Below, one piece after another: positions 1-14,671 of a DNA stretch of 64,000 bases. The stretch lies in NCBI RefSeq assembly GCF_001194135.2, contig NC_068984.1, positions 106,060,692-106,124,691 on the forward strand, in the 5' to 3' direction. The notes below the pieces were generated by a model. It was not told the origin of the DNA. It did no database searches and was given only the letters and a program-made list of their open reading frames with translations. Position numbers and translations under genes: made by a program. Source of the DNA: Octopus bimaculoides. Lineage: Eukaryota. The stretch's first letter is position 1. Every line of letters starts with the position of its first letter.

Positions 1-1365
1 AAGATGATCACATATCACTAATCAACAGAGTAACTCTTAAATCTTCTCATTAGATAGAGGTAGGCAACTAATTAAATCATATTTGAATAGTGATTTATTC
101 ATTAATGTCATAAGATGCAAAATTGAAAAGAAATGACAATTTCGTTAATGAATAACAATTTAAAAATTGCTGCATCATTGCATAGTAAATCATATTGGTT
201 ATTTAAAAACAAGAGTGATCATTATATTCAATTTTACTATATGAATTTGTTTACAAATCTCTTTCATGTTTTACGTACTGCAGTCATTGGACTGTGGCCA
301 TGTTGGAGCACCACCTTGAAGGGTGTCTGGCCTCTTCTGACAAACTGCTGAATTATGGGGATATAAACAAACTGACTCCAGTTGTTCAGTGAAGAGTGGA
401 AACAAACCCAACACACAAATACATACATATATGGTGAGTTTCTATCAGTTTCCATTGATCAAATCCACTCACAAGGTTTTGGTTGGGCTAGTTCAATAGT
501 TCCCCAAATTAATATGTTTTAAGTTTTTACTGGTACATTTATGATCTGGTGCTCTACTTCACTGTATCAGAATTAAAGGCTAGTTCTTGTTAGTTACACA
601 TGTATCTTCTGCCGATGAACTCTCTTTCCTGGGTCTATCTTTCATTTCTTTCGTCATTAATATCTTGTTACATATTTTTCTTTATTCATTTTGCACATAC
701 TTTCACTTTCTATCTTGAGGTTTCACCTTGACACTTCATCATCACTATTTCTTTTCTATCTTTCTAGTTCCACGCCTAGTGACTCTCCCAACCTCTCTTT
801 TATGTGTGTAACCATATACTTCCTCTACAGCAACAAACCTGTACTGTTCTGTATCTTTCTTACATACTGCAACCTCTCCTAGCATAAGACTGTCTTCCCC
901 TCTACTGTATCTCCACTCATTCAAAGAGGGTCTTCATCTTTCAAGTTGCCTACCAACTTCACTAATGTTAGTGTCATGAAAAAGAAGAAAGAAAAATTAC
1001 CTAGTAGATTCTGAAAAGTGATTGGCATTAGTAAGGGCATCCAGCCATAGAGACCATACCAAAATTGACACTGGAGCATGATATAGTCCTTGGAGTCATT
1101 GGATACTGTTATGCCATGCAAGTTATGCCAGCATGGAAGACAGTTGTTAAAAGGTGGTGTTGATGATGTTTATGATAATGATGACAATGAAGGTTATCTC
1201 ATCCCCCACCTGTTTTTTTTTTTCCTGTCTTCTCTTTCTTTTTTTAGTCCTGTTTCTTATATTGTTGTTGCAAAATAATATATAAAGACTTTTTTCACAA
1301 GTATACTTTTGGGATCTATAGAGTTTTTTTTTGGTCATTTTAAAAATAGCAAAATTAATAGTTAC

Positions 1366-1537
1366 CACTTGATTTTACTTCTGATACCGTAGAATTTGCC
1401 AAATAGGCATGACCTAACATCCAAGCAGAACAACATTGTATTCCAACTTCTTCCTGACTTTTCAAAACAGTTTTCACCAATTGAATTATGGTTGCTGGAT
1501 TAACAACATTGCTACACAATGAAGGAATGGTTTGTAC
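1366..1537 (-). CDS. FOCAD: Focadhesin exon 8 (VQTIPSLCS...GIQCCSAWMLGHAYLANSTVSEVKSS); the gene continues off the window
   Basis: Acceptor ttttatcacag, donor G|gtaact; 172 nt, phase 0/1. Matches recalled human VIGLQSNAVWLLGHLHL. Confidence 0.88.
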
Positions 1538-3119
1538 CTGTGATAAAAAAAAAAAAAAAAAAAAAAATAGCAATTACACATTTAATGAAGAATACATAGA
1601 ACACACAATAAAATTAATTTCATATTTTTCAATAGTTTGTCTTTCATGCAATGTCCTAATGAAGAAGAACTGAAGCTTTCTTAGAAAATATTTTGATGCC
1701 ATTTTCATAAATTCGATTAAAGCATTTCTATTTCCAAAAGATAAAAGTGACAAGTCATTGGGTTGATAATGTACTGCCTAGCAGGTGGGTCATGGTTCAT
1801 GTCCAATCCATACTAGCATGATATACCATGCAATGGACTCTTTACTTCTTTATGGAGTCATAGGGGTGCTGTGAAGACGTACAGTGTGCCTGGGACATTT
1901 TACACCTGAAGGAGCCCATCCCTCTCCAGGTCTAACAACTGATTTTTTTCCCAGAAAGAGAGCAAAAGACCAAAAGACAAACACAAATTGAGAAAAAGAG
2001 AAAACTCAACCTCAGTACAGGATTTGCACTTTATCGATTAAAAAAAAAAAATTAAAGGCAAAGGTGATCTGAGTGGGATTTGAACTCAGAGAATAGATAG
2101 CCAAAATGATCATCACAGAACATTCAATCTGGCACTCTAATGACTCTGCTAACTGGCTGCCTGGCAGTTTCCAACATCTCAGTGTACTTAGCTGAAAATA
2201 ACTAATATTGGCTAAATAAGACCCCTACCATTAATTATACATGCAATAATTTTGCACACATTAATTAGAACATGTCAATTATACATGCATTAATTATACA
2301 TACAGTAATTACACAAGAGAATTATATAGTTACTGTGTGTTGTTGCTGTGTAACTTCACAATAACTGATTGAGCAGAGCCATGATAGGAATTCCAGCCAT
2401 GATCATCCCATCTATTTTAGTAAAGTCTATCTAGTACTACATCATCCAATGTACCCTTTCTTTTTAAGATAGTTGGGTGCTATATATCCCATAGGCTGAA
2501 TGAACTACATAGAGGTTCTAAATTGTTTGTTGGCCAGAAATCATGAACGAAAGATTTGAAAATAACTGCAAATTTACTGAAATATAATTTTGTTGCAGCA
2601 TGGAGACACACAGTTTTATAAACTTAATTTATTGCCTGGTTTAATACCAACACCTGGTCCTAGAGTACACTTTGCTGAAAGCATTTGGGCCTGGGCTCTG
2701 TTGTGAGGATAACTTCCTCCCACTGGTCTCAGAGGCCTTGAAAAATGTAATCGTTGCCATACTTCCTGCTCTAAGTCATGCAAAAACAAAAGGAGTAAAA
2801 TAAAGATATTTTGGATTATCATTACTTCTAAGAAACATGATCCCCAATCAGATAAAAAAAAAAAAAAACTCAGTTAGATATAAAAGACTTTATTTCAAAA
2901 CCTGGCACCACCAATGACACCTGTTATAAATTTGTAAAATATGTAAGGCACATGTATGGGTGCTTGGTTGAAAAGTTTGTTATTTACTTCTCAGTCACAT
3001 AGTTTAAGATTCAGTCCTTCTGATGGGCATTTGGGTTAGTGTTTTCTCCTATACAATATCTCCAGATTGGCCAAAGCTTTGCAAATAAATTTGGCAGAGA
3101 GAAACTGAAAGAAACCTGC

Positions 3120-3166
<47 letters not shown>

Positions 3167-4042
3167 ATTAAGTAACTAGCAAAAGTTGCTTTGGTGGCAT
3201 TTTTTTCACCAGATAATCGAACTACTGAAAAGGTTTATGAGTAGTATGGCAATCTATGTTTCTGATTAACCTAGGAATGGAAAATCAAATTGAAGGCTGG
3301 TTATTGTAGAGGTCGTTGCACTTAAATTATCATAGAACACATAAATTTGCAAGCGATGCAAAGTAGAGCTACTGAAATGTTTTGGGAGTAGATTATGGAT
3401 AATGACTCCATAGTTGTTTTACATGAAAGTGAAATTTCTTGTCAGAAACAGCCATATAAATGGTGTAAGGAAATTGAAGGAAGATGTTGAAACTCCCCCT
3501 CTGTGAGTTTATTTTATTCAACAGCAAAGGGAGCTATTTCTTCAGAGAGAAGTATGATTGGTATGTTCAAAAATGGCAAAATAATACGTACTTGAAAAAG
3601 TAGAGTTAAAGAATTGTATTTGCTACGTGCTTACAGTGTACGACCACTCTGAAACTGACTTCAGGTAACGAAAATTGAAAACATTCAGTTCACGAATACC
3701 GCTTTGAATCTTTAGTAATTCACAGTGAAAGGATGTCACATTTGAAATATAAAAACTAGGTAAATAAGCATCCTTAAAAAGAAACAATGTATTGGTAGGT
3801 AAACAAAGGTATCAACAAATAGAAGAGAGGGAAGGGAACATCACCTTTCAAGTAACTCAGAATAAGTAAAGGTAAGCTTGCCATAGTTTAATGCAGTTTC
3901 AATATGGAGATTAAGATTGTTTGGCATTGAATATTCATCACGTACAGTGTTCTGAGTCAATTTCATTCATCACCATCACAGGTGGACAGTCAAAATATAT
4001 AGACAAAATCCTTTCACTTTTATAATATTCCCTAACCAAATT

Positions 4043-4088
4043 AGCACAACGTTTCAGATAATATACCCTCCAGCCTTCATCAGGTGAG
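4043..4088 (-). ncRNA. Degraded hammerhead motif of the SINE-borne family (keeps GAAACGUU, stem II damaged)
   Basis: CUCAC-CUGAUGA-A-GGCUG...UAUCU-GAAACGUU-GUGCU. Confidence 0.45.
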
Positions 4089-4116
4089 TTCTCATTCCTA
4101 AGGTATTTTTCAACGC

Positions 4117-4157
<41 letters not shown>

Positions 4158-4270
4158 ACACTGCTTGGAATCTTGGGGTTAGTAGCCTGTACTATTAACC
4201 ACTACACCATATGCCCATGGTCATCAAAAAATACCTTTGGAATGAGAACCTAGGTTCGAAATTTCCCCAA

Positions 4271-4316
4271 GACACCTGATGAAGCCTGGAGGGTATATCA
4301 GCCGAAACATTGTGTT
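4271..4316 (+). ncRNA. Minimal hammerhead motif of the SINE-borne family, two substitutions
   Basis: GACAC-CUGAUGA-A-GCCUG...CAGCC-GAAA-CAUU-GUGUU. Confidence 0.55.
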
Positions 4317-5842
4317 AACAACAAACAAGATGAGGACAAATATCTGCCAAATGTAAATAATGTACATAATTCTTCATCTCTTAAATATAGAACTCTACAA
4401 CCATATAGTTTAAAAAAGTATGGAAGACCCTACATACAAAAAAACTAGGTACATACTATGGATTAGAGAAAAACCCGTGTAAACCACCGTTTTCCCCAGT
4501 TTTTTCCATTTATGCAGGTGCCCTAGGGAAAAATGCTATAGTGCATGACCATCCTTGAGACATAAGTAATGTGTGTGTAAAGTTTGGTGATAATTGATTG
4601 AGAATTGTGGAAATGTATGTGCTAATCAATATACACACACATATATTGATTTATATATACTAGATATTTATCTCTCACCAGATGGAGTACTTATTTTGTT
4701 GATCTTACCATCACAGAACAGTACACTATATATATATATATATATATATTTGTAGCAGCACTGTCATACAAATGGTGTTTCTTGCAGCCTTCCATGTAAA
4801 ACATGTCTCGTCTTGAAGAAATATTGGTTTCAAATTTTGGCACAAAGTCAACAACATGAGGGAGAGAATAAGTCCATTACGTTGACCCTACTGTTCAATT
4901 GGTACTTATTTAATTGATCCTGAAAGGATGGAAGGCAAAGTTGACCACAGTGGAATTTGAACTTAGAATGTAATGACAGACAAAATGCCACCACCCTTTT
5001 TGCCCATTGTGCTAACAATTCTGGCAGCTCACTACCTTTGGCTATGAAGAAAAATTACCTTACTTGGTAACAGGTGAGAATTAGTGACAGGAAAGGCATT
5101 CAGTCATAGAAAATCAGCCTTAACAAATTCCATCTGATTCATGCAGGAAAGTGGATGTTAACATGATAATGATGTTGATAATGATATCACACGCAATACT
5201 CATAAATCACATTTAGAGGCATTATTTCATGGTTGAGTAATTTTGCATGAGGAAGTGTCATAGATTTAAAATAAAAAGTAGGAAAACAATCCCAGAGGCA
5301 AAGACATAAGTTCAAAAAAGATCTCCTTAATCCTTCAGCATTCAGATAACTGCCAAATGTAATGCTTATTTGTTTACACTATTTTGAATTAATTGTAGGT
5401 TCAAGTTTTCGGTAATGTGATTGTTTATTTTTAGATTGACATAGCAGGGTACACGTGAAAAGTCAGATCTGGTAGACGAGAAGATGAGACAGAATATTTT
5501 AGCTGGATATGGCTGGTTTAAATAGGATTCCAAAAGATGTGGCTCTTTTCATATTTACAGACTACACTGACGGTAGATTAAACATCCAGTTTAATGATGA
5601 ATGAATTAGATGTTTGATCAACAGAAACTACATTTCGCATTGACTATATCATATTCTAAGTGGTTGAGTATTCTACAGACATCTGTAACTTTCATATAAC
5701 TGTCTTGAGCAGAATCTGTGTAACACTGGAACTTTAAAGATTTGTAGGTGTGTGATACTTCCTTATGCAAACACAATATACTATGAAGTATACTAAATGT
5801 TCTTATAAGTCAGTACTATGTTCTACTACATCAGCAGTGCTT

Positions 5843-6140
5843 CATCATCATCATCATCATCGTTTAACGTCCGCTTTCCATGCTAGCATGGGTTGGACGA
5901 TTTGACTGAGGACTGGTGAACCAGATGGCTACACCAGGCTCCAATCTGATTTGGCAGAGTTTCTACAGCTGGATGCCCTTCCTAACGCCAACCACTCTGA
6001 GAGTGTAGTGGGTGCTTTTACGTGCCACCGGCATGAAGGCCAGTCAGGTGGTACTGGCAACAGCCACGCTCAAAATGGTGTATTTTATGTGCCACCCGCA
6101 CAAGAGCCAGTCCGGGGGCACTGACAACGATCTTGCTCGA
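5843..6140 (-). mobile_element. RTE 3'-end family copy (others near 11979-12233, 16095-16478, 22264-22406, 43760-44053, 57150-57495, 63415-63500)
   Basis: Shared (CAT)n tail, CCATGCTAGCATGG palindrome and ctggatgcccttcctaacgccaacc core. Confidence 0.85.
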
Positions 6141-8219
6141 AAGTCCTTACTCCTTACATCATTCTTGTTAAGGTTGTTTCTACAGATATTCTATAGAAAC
6201 TATACCCAGCACTGATATTTGCTATAGCATTTCATATCGATACATCAGATGTAAACAAGCAATGAGTGTATATGCCACATTTTGGGAGTTGTTGCCCCTT
6301 CAGCACTCATCTAGCCCACTCTTGCCTCTGAACACATTGCATATATAGCTACCTCATACAGTGGCGTTAAGTTATTGGATATACCAATTTACATATTAGA
6401 TGCATTCCTGGAACGGGTATGTAAACATTAAAGATTTGTAGGTACGTGGTACTTCATTACGCAAACACAATATACTATGAAATATACTAAATGTTTTTAT
6501 AAGTCAGTACCACATTCTACTGCATCAGCAGTGCTTCTTACATTCTAAAAACATTTAGTATCTGAAGTTATATCATTTCCACTGCCATCATCATCATATT
6601 AATGTCCCCTGTTTCATGTTTGCATGAGTTAGATGAAATTTGTTGAGGCCAATTTTCTTTATTTTATGTTATTTTTTTGTTCCAAACACCTGCTTAATAA
6701 TGACAAAGTTACTTTACCAAATTTATCATTCTTTGCAAAATTAACTCAAAAGAAGTCAGTATTTCAACAAAAGTATAACAACAAAAATGTTAACTTGTTT
6801 TGATACCAACCTGCCTAATATTGCCCCTAGCTCTATGATAAAAGCTTAGTTTAAAAATGATCTAAATTAAAGCCTTCCTTCAAAATTTCATGTTAATTTA
6901 TGTCCCAGATGCCAGTTTAATGATCCTTTCTACTCTAGGCACAAGGCCTGAAATTTGGGGGAGGGAACTAGTTGATTACATTGATCCCAGTGTTTCACTG
7001 GTACTTAATTCTTGACCCCAAAAGAATGAAAGGCAAAGCTGACCTCAGCAGAATTTGAACTCAGAACATAGCAGAAGACGAAATACTGCTAAGTATTTCA
7101 CCTGGTGTGCTTATGTTTCTACCAGCTTACCACCTTAGACACCAGTTTAATAATGACAAAGTAATTTTACTAGATTCTTCGTTATTTTCAAAATTCAATG
7201 TAACAAAGGCAGTATATTTCAACAGAAATATGGTAATAAAAGGGTGAAGTACAAATAAATAAGATTAACTTCAATTGTCCGAGTATTTGTTATTTACAAA
7301 TAGGTTATGTTTACACAGAAAGATTAAATACATTTGTTTAATGTATTGCATATAATTTCTGTATGCATATTTATTCACAATAACCACTCTAGCTTTCTAT
7401 TATTTCTATTATTAAATCTTCACTGTCAACCTCATATTTTCATGTAAACTACTTGAAGCCAATAATAGTTTGTTTATGTTTTACATAAGGAGATATATTC
7501 TTTGTAACTTTGGCAGTTGAGAGGTTAGATAAAGAATCTCTGAGGAATCTTTAGAAAAACAGAACTATTTTAGAAGATCAATGTTCTTGGTTGCTGAAGC
7601 TCTCATGATTTATCAGCAGGTTATACTTTTGCAGTAATATTTTTATTAAAAGTACTGCGTATGATCTCCATCTAAACATTCATAAACAATAGCCACAGTG
7701 TTGGTACACTTATCTCATGCATGAATGTGTGTATATATTCATGTAAGTATATATGTACATACTGGTACTTCATCTGTTATGACAGTGAGTGTTCCAGTTG
7801 ATTTGATCAATGGAACAGCCTACTCATGAAATTAATGTACAAGCAGCTGAGCATTCTGCAGATATGCATACACTTAACATAGTTCCTAGGGAGATTCAGT
7901 GTGTCACAGAATGTAACAAGGATGACCCTTTTAATTACAGGTACAACTTATTTTTGGCAACATGAAATAAAGTGTTTTGCAGAAGGAAACAATGTGCTGC
8001 CACAAACTTATGATCATGAGCTGAATAATCTAAGTCATGCACATTCATGTATGCACATACATATACATACAGAGGCATGGCTGTATTGTTAAGAAGTTCA
8101 CTTTTGGATTCAGTTCCACTGCACAGTACCTTGAGCAAATGTCATCTGTAAAAGCCTTAAACCAACTAATGTAAAGTTGGGAGATGGAAAATGTGTATGA
8201 CCTCATAATGAATGAATGA

Positions 8220-8260
<41 letters not shown>

Positions 8261-9359
8261 TATGTATGTATATATATATGCATATACGATGGCTTCTTAC
8301 AATTTCCATCTGCCAATGCTACTCGAAAAGCTTTGGTTGACCCCTGGGCTATAGTATAAGACACTTATTCAATCAAGTACCATAGAGTGACATGCGACCC
8401 TTTAACCATATGGTTGAGAAGCAGTTTATATCCCACAGTGTATGTATTTTGTGTCTTTCCTTACTTCACTACTTTAAAAATTGGAGTTGGTTTATTTGTG
8501 TCCCCATAAATTAGCTGTTTGGCAATAAGAGACTGCTGGAATAAGTAACACATTTAAAAGAAGTCCTGTAATTGATTTGTTCAGCTAAATCTTTCAAGAT
8601 AGTGCTCCAGCATGGCCACTGACAGTCCAATGACTAATACAAGTAAAAACACACACATACCCATATATATGTATGCATACATAAATGTATGCATGCATGT
8701 GTGTGTATAATATAACAGTTTGATTCAGCTACATGCAAAGAACAATAATATGATCTGATGTCACTTCCAAACCAATAACACAACATGATCCAAGTTTACC
8801 AATAAAAGCTCAACATTTAGACGCCATTTTGAATTTGTCTTATTTCCTGTTATTTGATCTCCTGTTACTTGTTATTATAACAGTTTGACTTGTTCCCATG
8901 TAACTCTCACCAAATGTGCTGAGTATTACTTTCTTTCATTTGTCCACACACTCACTCATATATACATGCATACTAGTTTCCATGATCTGCACAATGGTCC
9001 CTGTCCTACATTGCTGACTTCAACTTCATCATTTAGCATCCACTCTTCCATGCTTGACAGAATTTCTTGAAACAGATCTACAGCTGGATAACCAACTGTT
9101 TTCAAGCAAGGTAATGTTTTCTCATGGCCAGACATTTTTTTTTTTTGCAGAAGAGTGGAAACAAAGGATACTGTCTGCATGACAGTGATACTCATTTACA
9201 ACTGTTATGTGATGTCAAAGCAAGAGAACAGACACACACGCATCAACATCATTTTATGCAAAATTTTACCATGCTTTCACAAAAGCATACGGTGATAAAT
9301 TCTCACTTTGGATATTCACACAACTCAGAACTCAGCTTGCTTCTGTTTGTTATAGTACT

Positions 9360-9800
9360 CTAAGCATGACAGAGGAGTTTAAGGTTGATAGTTGGTGAGA
9401 AGTCCTGTATGCTAATGCCCTTGCCCTTATGGCAAAATATGTGAAAGACATAGAGGAGAAATTCCAGTTAGAGAAACAAAAACTGGAAAAGAAAGGCCTG
9501 AAAGTAACCAAAACTAGTATTATGGTAAATAAAACACATTCTGCTGCTATCTTGGGGAAATTGTGGTTTGCAGGTGCAGAAAAGTAGTTTGATACTCTAT
9601 ACAGTATGCCCAATGTAAACAATGGATGTATAAGCAGTGTAGTGGGGTCACACATGGGCTAAGAACAAAGAATACCCACACACGCAGCTGGTATATAGGG
9701 GCATTAAAAATGAAGTGCACTGGGAAAATATATTTTAACCACTCAGAAGGCTCCTTAGAAGTAGTCAATAGTGTTTGCTACCACAATGATATAATTAGTA
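9360..9800 (+). mobile_element. RTE-clade LINE fragment (RT YADD region plus a Cys-rich segment)
   Basis: Decayed LYANALAL, LEKKGLKV.KT, C.QCKQWMYKQCSG and LEVVNSVCY, corresponding to YADDL...KGLKVN..KT...LEVVDSFCYLGD. Confidence 0.7.
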
Positions 9801-11229
9801 CAGGTGTGCTGAAAGCATAGGAGCCAGAAAAAGAATGGGGAGGAAAAAAGTTCAGGGTGCCACTCCCTCTACAAAGTTATTCTCCCTCAGAGAGTAGGCT
9901 GTTCCATTGATTAGATCAACTGGAACACTCACTGTCATAACAGATGGAGTACCAGTATGTACATACATACTTACATGCGTATGTGAAGTGTAAGATACTG
10001 AAACCTAGGTGCTGATTGCAAGGATTTGCAAAGGTGAGAAAGAAAAGAGGTGAGTATACTGTTGCTGGATGTGTAATGTCAGTATGCATAAATGATGCAG
10101 TACAAAGGATCTCAGAAAAAAATAAAACATATAAGATGAATCAGATGTAAGTTGCATATGGATTATAATAGTTGCATTAAAAAAATCCTGAGTACTCAAA
10201 GTTGATGGTGCCTGTGGCAGACTTGTAGCCCTGAACACCCAAGAGATTCTGCTCCCTTTTGCTCCCCATGGTTTGAAAAGCTACCTCAACCTCTGATTCT
10301 GGCACCACATCAGCTTGTTTCTAATATCGTCTTTCCCCTTCACTTTCTTTTTCAGGACTTTCTCAGCTTCATTCTCTTTTTTCAGTACATCTGTGATTTT
10401 GTGTGCTTGTACAGCTGTACATTTCACACCTGGATACCGATATGGTTGAGTGTACATGTTCATTACGTATATACATGTGTGGTTATTCATACAGCTTTTA
10501 CTGTGCTCTCTTTACTACTTGTGGTTGTTGTTCTTTCCCTGGTTAATGTCTCTCTCTCTCCTTTCCCACCTTCCAGATCTTCTCCACTTCTCTCACATCT
10601 TCCTCTTCAGTCACTTCCCACAACCAACAATAATTTTATTTTCTCTCTACTTCTCTTATGTTAACTCTGGTTGCAGCCTCTCCGTCCCACATTCACAAGA
10701 GCAATCCCTGACTCACACTCTTCAACTCTTTTACTTTGTAGTTGAACTCACCAAACTTATCTCCACCATAGCTGTAAAATAGTTCGATTCTGACATCCCC
10801 AATGATGATGGCCTTTCAGCCCTTAACACTACTCCTTAATTTTCCATAAACACTTGAGGTAGCAGAGCCCTAACTCCTTACAGAAATCTGCATTCCAAAC
10901 TAGAAGACCACTGCTATTGTTTACCAGACAAACAGCACCTTTCACTTTTTCTGCTATTTGTTGAAGGATAAAAGACCCAAATATCAGACATTACATTTTT
11001 TCAGACAGTTGGAGTTATTGACATTCTAAGAATTCTCCTTTGGAATAATGGTTATTGACACATATCCTCTCCCCATCAGTACTTTGGGTTTCAGATTTAC
11101 CATCAGTTTAGCACATAACTAATTCTGTCAATTCCTCATGCAAGAATTACCTGTCCAAACCCTGCTTACAGAGACAAACAAATGCTAAAACACTGGACAT
11201 GATTATCATTACAGTAGTGGCAGTAGTGT

Positions 11230-11585
11230 GGAGGCGCAATGGCCCAGTGGTTAGGATATCGGACTCGCAGTCATAGGATCACGGTTTCGATTCCCAGACC
11301 GGGCGTTGTGAGTATTTATTGAGCAAAAACACCTGAAGCTCCACGAGGCTTCGGCAGGGGATGGTGGCGAACCCTGCTGTACTCTTTCACCACAACTTTC
11401 TCTCACTCTTACTTCCTGTTTCCGTTGTGCCTTGTCACACTGTGTCACACTGAATATCCCCGAGAACTACGTTAAGGGTACCCGTGTCTGTGGAGTGCTC
11501 AGCCACTTGCACGTTAATTTCATGAGCAGGCTGTTCCGTTGATCGGATCAACTGGAACCCTCGACGTCATAAATGATAGAGTGCC
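11230..11585 (+). mobile_element. tRNA-derived SINE family D
   Basis: A box TGGCCCAGTGG and B-box-like TTTCGATTCC; its 3' part recurs near 7765-7925 and 9860-9960. Confidence 0.75.
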
Positions 11586-12233
11586 AACACAGTGGCAGTG
11601 GTAATGATTATAATAATATAGATGATGTTTATGATGATGATGATAGAAATGAAGATGATGTGGATAGTGATGGTGGTGACAGTAATGATAATGATAATTA
11701 TGATGCATGTTAGTGATGATGATGATATTGAGAATGATAGTGATGGTGATGATAATGATGGTAGTGATGGTGATGACAATGATAACAACTGTGATTAATA
11801 TTTATCAATTCTTGAGCAGAGGGTGGCTGGCATTAATAATCTATCATTGTCAGTATCTCAAACAGAAACCATAATTAATAGATAACAAATAAATTGGAAA
11901 ATTTTATAATGGTATCTGTGGTGAGATGAAACACAAATGACAAAACTTGTGCAAGTAGAAAACAAGACGACTGTTAAGCATCATCATCATCATCATCATC
12001 GTTTAACGTCCGCTTTCCATGCTAGCATGGGTTGGACGATTTGACTGAGGACTGGTGAAACCGGATGGCAACACCAGGCTCCAGTCTGATTTGGCAGAGT
12101 TTCTACAGCTGGATGCCCTTCCTAACGCCAACCACTCAGAGAGTGTAGTGGGTGCTTTTACGTGTCACCCGCACGAAAACGGCCACGCTCGAAATGGTGT
12201 CTTTTATGTGCCACCCGCACAAGCCAGTCCAGG

Positions 12234-13177
12234 NNNNNNNNNNNNNNNNNNNNNNNNNNNNNNNNNNNNNNNNNNNNNNNNNNNNNNNNNNNNNNNNNNN
12301 NNNNNNNNNNNNNNNNNNNNNNNNNNNNNNNNNNNNNNNNNNNNNNNNNNNNNNNNNNNNNNNNNNNNNNNNNNNNNNNNNNNNNNNNNNNNNNNNNNNN
12401 NNNNNNNNNNNNNNNNNNNNNNNNNNNNNNNNNNNNNNNNNNNNNNNNNNNNNNNNNNNNNNNNNNNNNNNNNNNNNNNNNNNNNNNNNNNNNNNNNNNN
12501 NNNNNNNNNNNNNNNNNNNNNNNNNNNNNNNNNNNNNNNNNNNNNNNNNNNNNNNNNNNNNNNNNNNNNNNNNNNNNNNNNNNNNNNNNNNNNNNNNNNN
12601 NNNNNNNNNNNNNNNNNNNNNNNNNNNNNNNNNNNNNNNNNNNNNNNNNNNNNNNNNNNNNNNNNNNNNNNNNNNNNNNNNNNNNNNNNNNNNNNNNNNN
12701 NNNNNNNNNNNNNNNNNNNNNNNNNNNNNNNNNNNNNNNNNNNNNNNNNNNNNNNNNNNNNNNNNNNNNNNNNNNNNNNNNNNNNNNNNNNNNNNNNNNN
12801 NNNNNNNNNNNNNNNNNNNNNNNNNNNNNNNNNNNNNNNNNNNNNNNNNNNNNNNNNNNNNNNNNNNNNNNNNNNNNNNNNNNNNNNNNNNNNNNNNNNN
12901 NNNNNNNNNNNNNNNNNNNNNNNNNNNNNNNNNNNNNNNNNNNNNNNNNNNNNNNNNNNNNNNNNNNNNNNNNNNNNNNNNNNNNNNNNNNNNNNNNNNN
13001 NNNNNNNNNNNNNNNNNNNNNNNNNNNNNNNNNNNNNNNNNNNNNNNNNNNNNNNNNNNNNNNNNNNNNNNNNNNNNNNNNNNNNNNNNNNNNNNNNNNN
13101 NNNNNNNNNNNNNNNNNNNNNNNNNNNNNNNNNNNNNNNNNNNNNNNNNNNNNNNNNNNNNNNNNNNNNNNNNNNNN
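12234..13177. other. Assembly gap (others 18299-18790, 25584-25593, 38589-38916, 43296-43305, 44826-45022, 61649-61748)
   Basis: N runs, mostly next to (TA)n microsatellites. Confidence 1.
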
Positions 13178-13316
13178 ATATATATATATATATATATATA
13201 TATATACTTATACACCCATGCACACACACACACACACAAATAGAAATATATATATATATACTTATATATACTCATATATACTTATATATATATACATATA
13301 TATACTTATACACACG

Positions 13317-13351
<35 letters not shown>

Positions 13352-14412
13352 TTATACACACACACAATATGTGTTCTTTATTCTGTTATTCTTTTACTTG
13401 TTTCAGTCATTTGACTGTAGCTATGCTGGAGCACTGGTTTAAAGGGTTTTAGTCGAAGAAATTGACCCCAGGACTTATTTTATCGATCACTTTTGCTGAA
13501 ATGCTAAGTTATAAGGATGTAGACACACGACCATCGGTTGTCAAGCAACGGTGAGGATACAAACAAAGATGCAAAGACACACATATGTAAATATATAGTA
13601 GGCGCAGGTGTGGCTGTGTGGTAAGAAGCTTGCTTCCCAGCCACACGGTTCTTGGTTCAGTCCTACTGCATGGGACCAATGCCTTGTGAGTGGATTTGGT
13701 AGATAGAAACTGAAACAAGCCTGTCATATATATAGTTTGTTTCATTAAAGGCGATGCCCCAGCATGGCCACAGTCAAATGACTGAAACCAGTAAAAGAAA
13801 AGAATATATATACATATATGATGAGCTTCTTTCAGTTTCCATCTACCAAATCCACTCACAAAGTTTTGGTTGGCCTGAAGCTAGAATAGAAGATACTTGC
13901 CTAAGGTGTTATGCAGTGAAACTGAACCTGGAACCATGTGTTGGGAAGCAAGCTTCTTACCACACAGCCATATCTATCTTTTATCTTTTACTTGTTTCAT
14001 TCATTAGACTGCAGCTGTGCGGGTGTGCTGGGGAATTTTAGTCTAAGTAATGGAACCTAGTACTTAGTTTCTTCTTAAGCCTAGTACTTATTCTAGCAGT
14101 TTCTTTTGCCCAACCACTAAATTATGGGGATGTAAACATACAAACACCAGTCACAATAGTGGTGGGGGGAAAACATAGACACACGCACACACACACACAC
14201 ACATCACTGGCTTCTTTCAGTTTCTGTTTACCAAATGCACTCAAAATGCTTTTGGCAGCCTGAGGCTGTAGTAGAAGACATTTGCCAAAAGTGCCACACA
14301 GTAGGACTGAACCCAGAACCATGTGGTTGGTAAGGAAACTTCTTGCCACACAGCCATGCCTGCATCTGAAAGAACTCACATGAAACAAAACAAAAGTACT
14401 CAGTACTCAGTA

Positions 14413-14575
14413 GGCGCAGGAGTGGCTGTGTGGTAAGTAGCTTGCTTACCAACCACATGGTTCTAGGTTCAGCCCCACTGTGTGGCACCTTGGGCAAGTG
14501 TCTTCTACTTTAGTCTCAGGCCGACCAAAGCCCTGTGAGTGGATTTGGTAGACGGAAACTGAAAGAAGCCCGTCG

Positions 14576-14671
<96 letters not shown>

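Larger units (their letters stand above)
3176..4664 (-). mobile_element. Possible non-autonomous Helitron hosting the SINE/hammerhead fold-back
   Basis: Minus-strand termini read A|TC...CTAG|T, the Helitron end and target rule; the subterminal hairpin is degenerate. Confidence 0.4.

Noticed and set aside
2616-2822. 68-aa minus-strand ORF as a possible FOCAD exon
   Set aside because: No similarity to the expected segment, and exons 7 and 8 already join in phase.
10560-11200. Possible highly decayed L2/CR1 RT fragment (similarly an RTE-like trace at 600-920)
   Set aside because: Only faint motif remnants; cannot be supported without a profile search.
12055-13452. Long ORFs of 150-465 aa in the track (also 18174-18884, 38465-39049, 44766-45047)
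   Set aside because: They read through N gaps and microsatellites; not genes.
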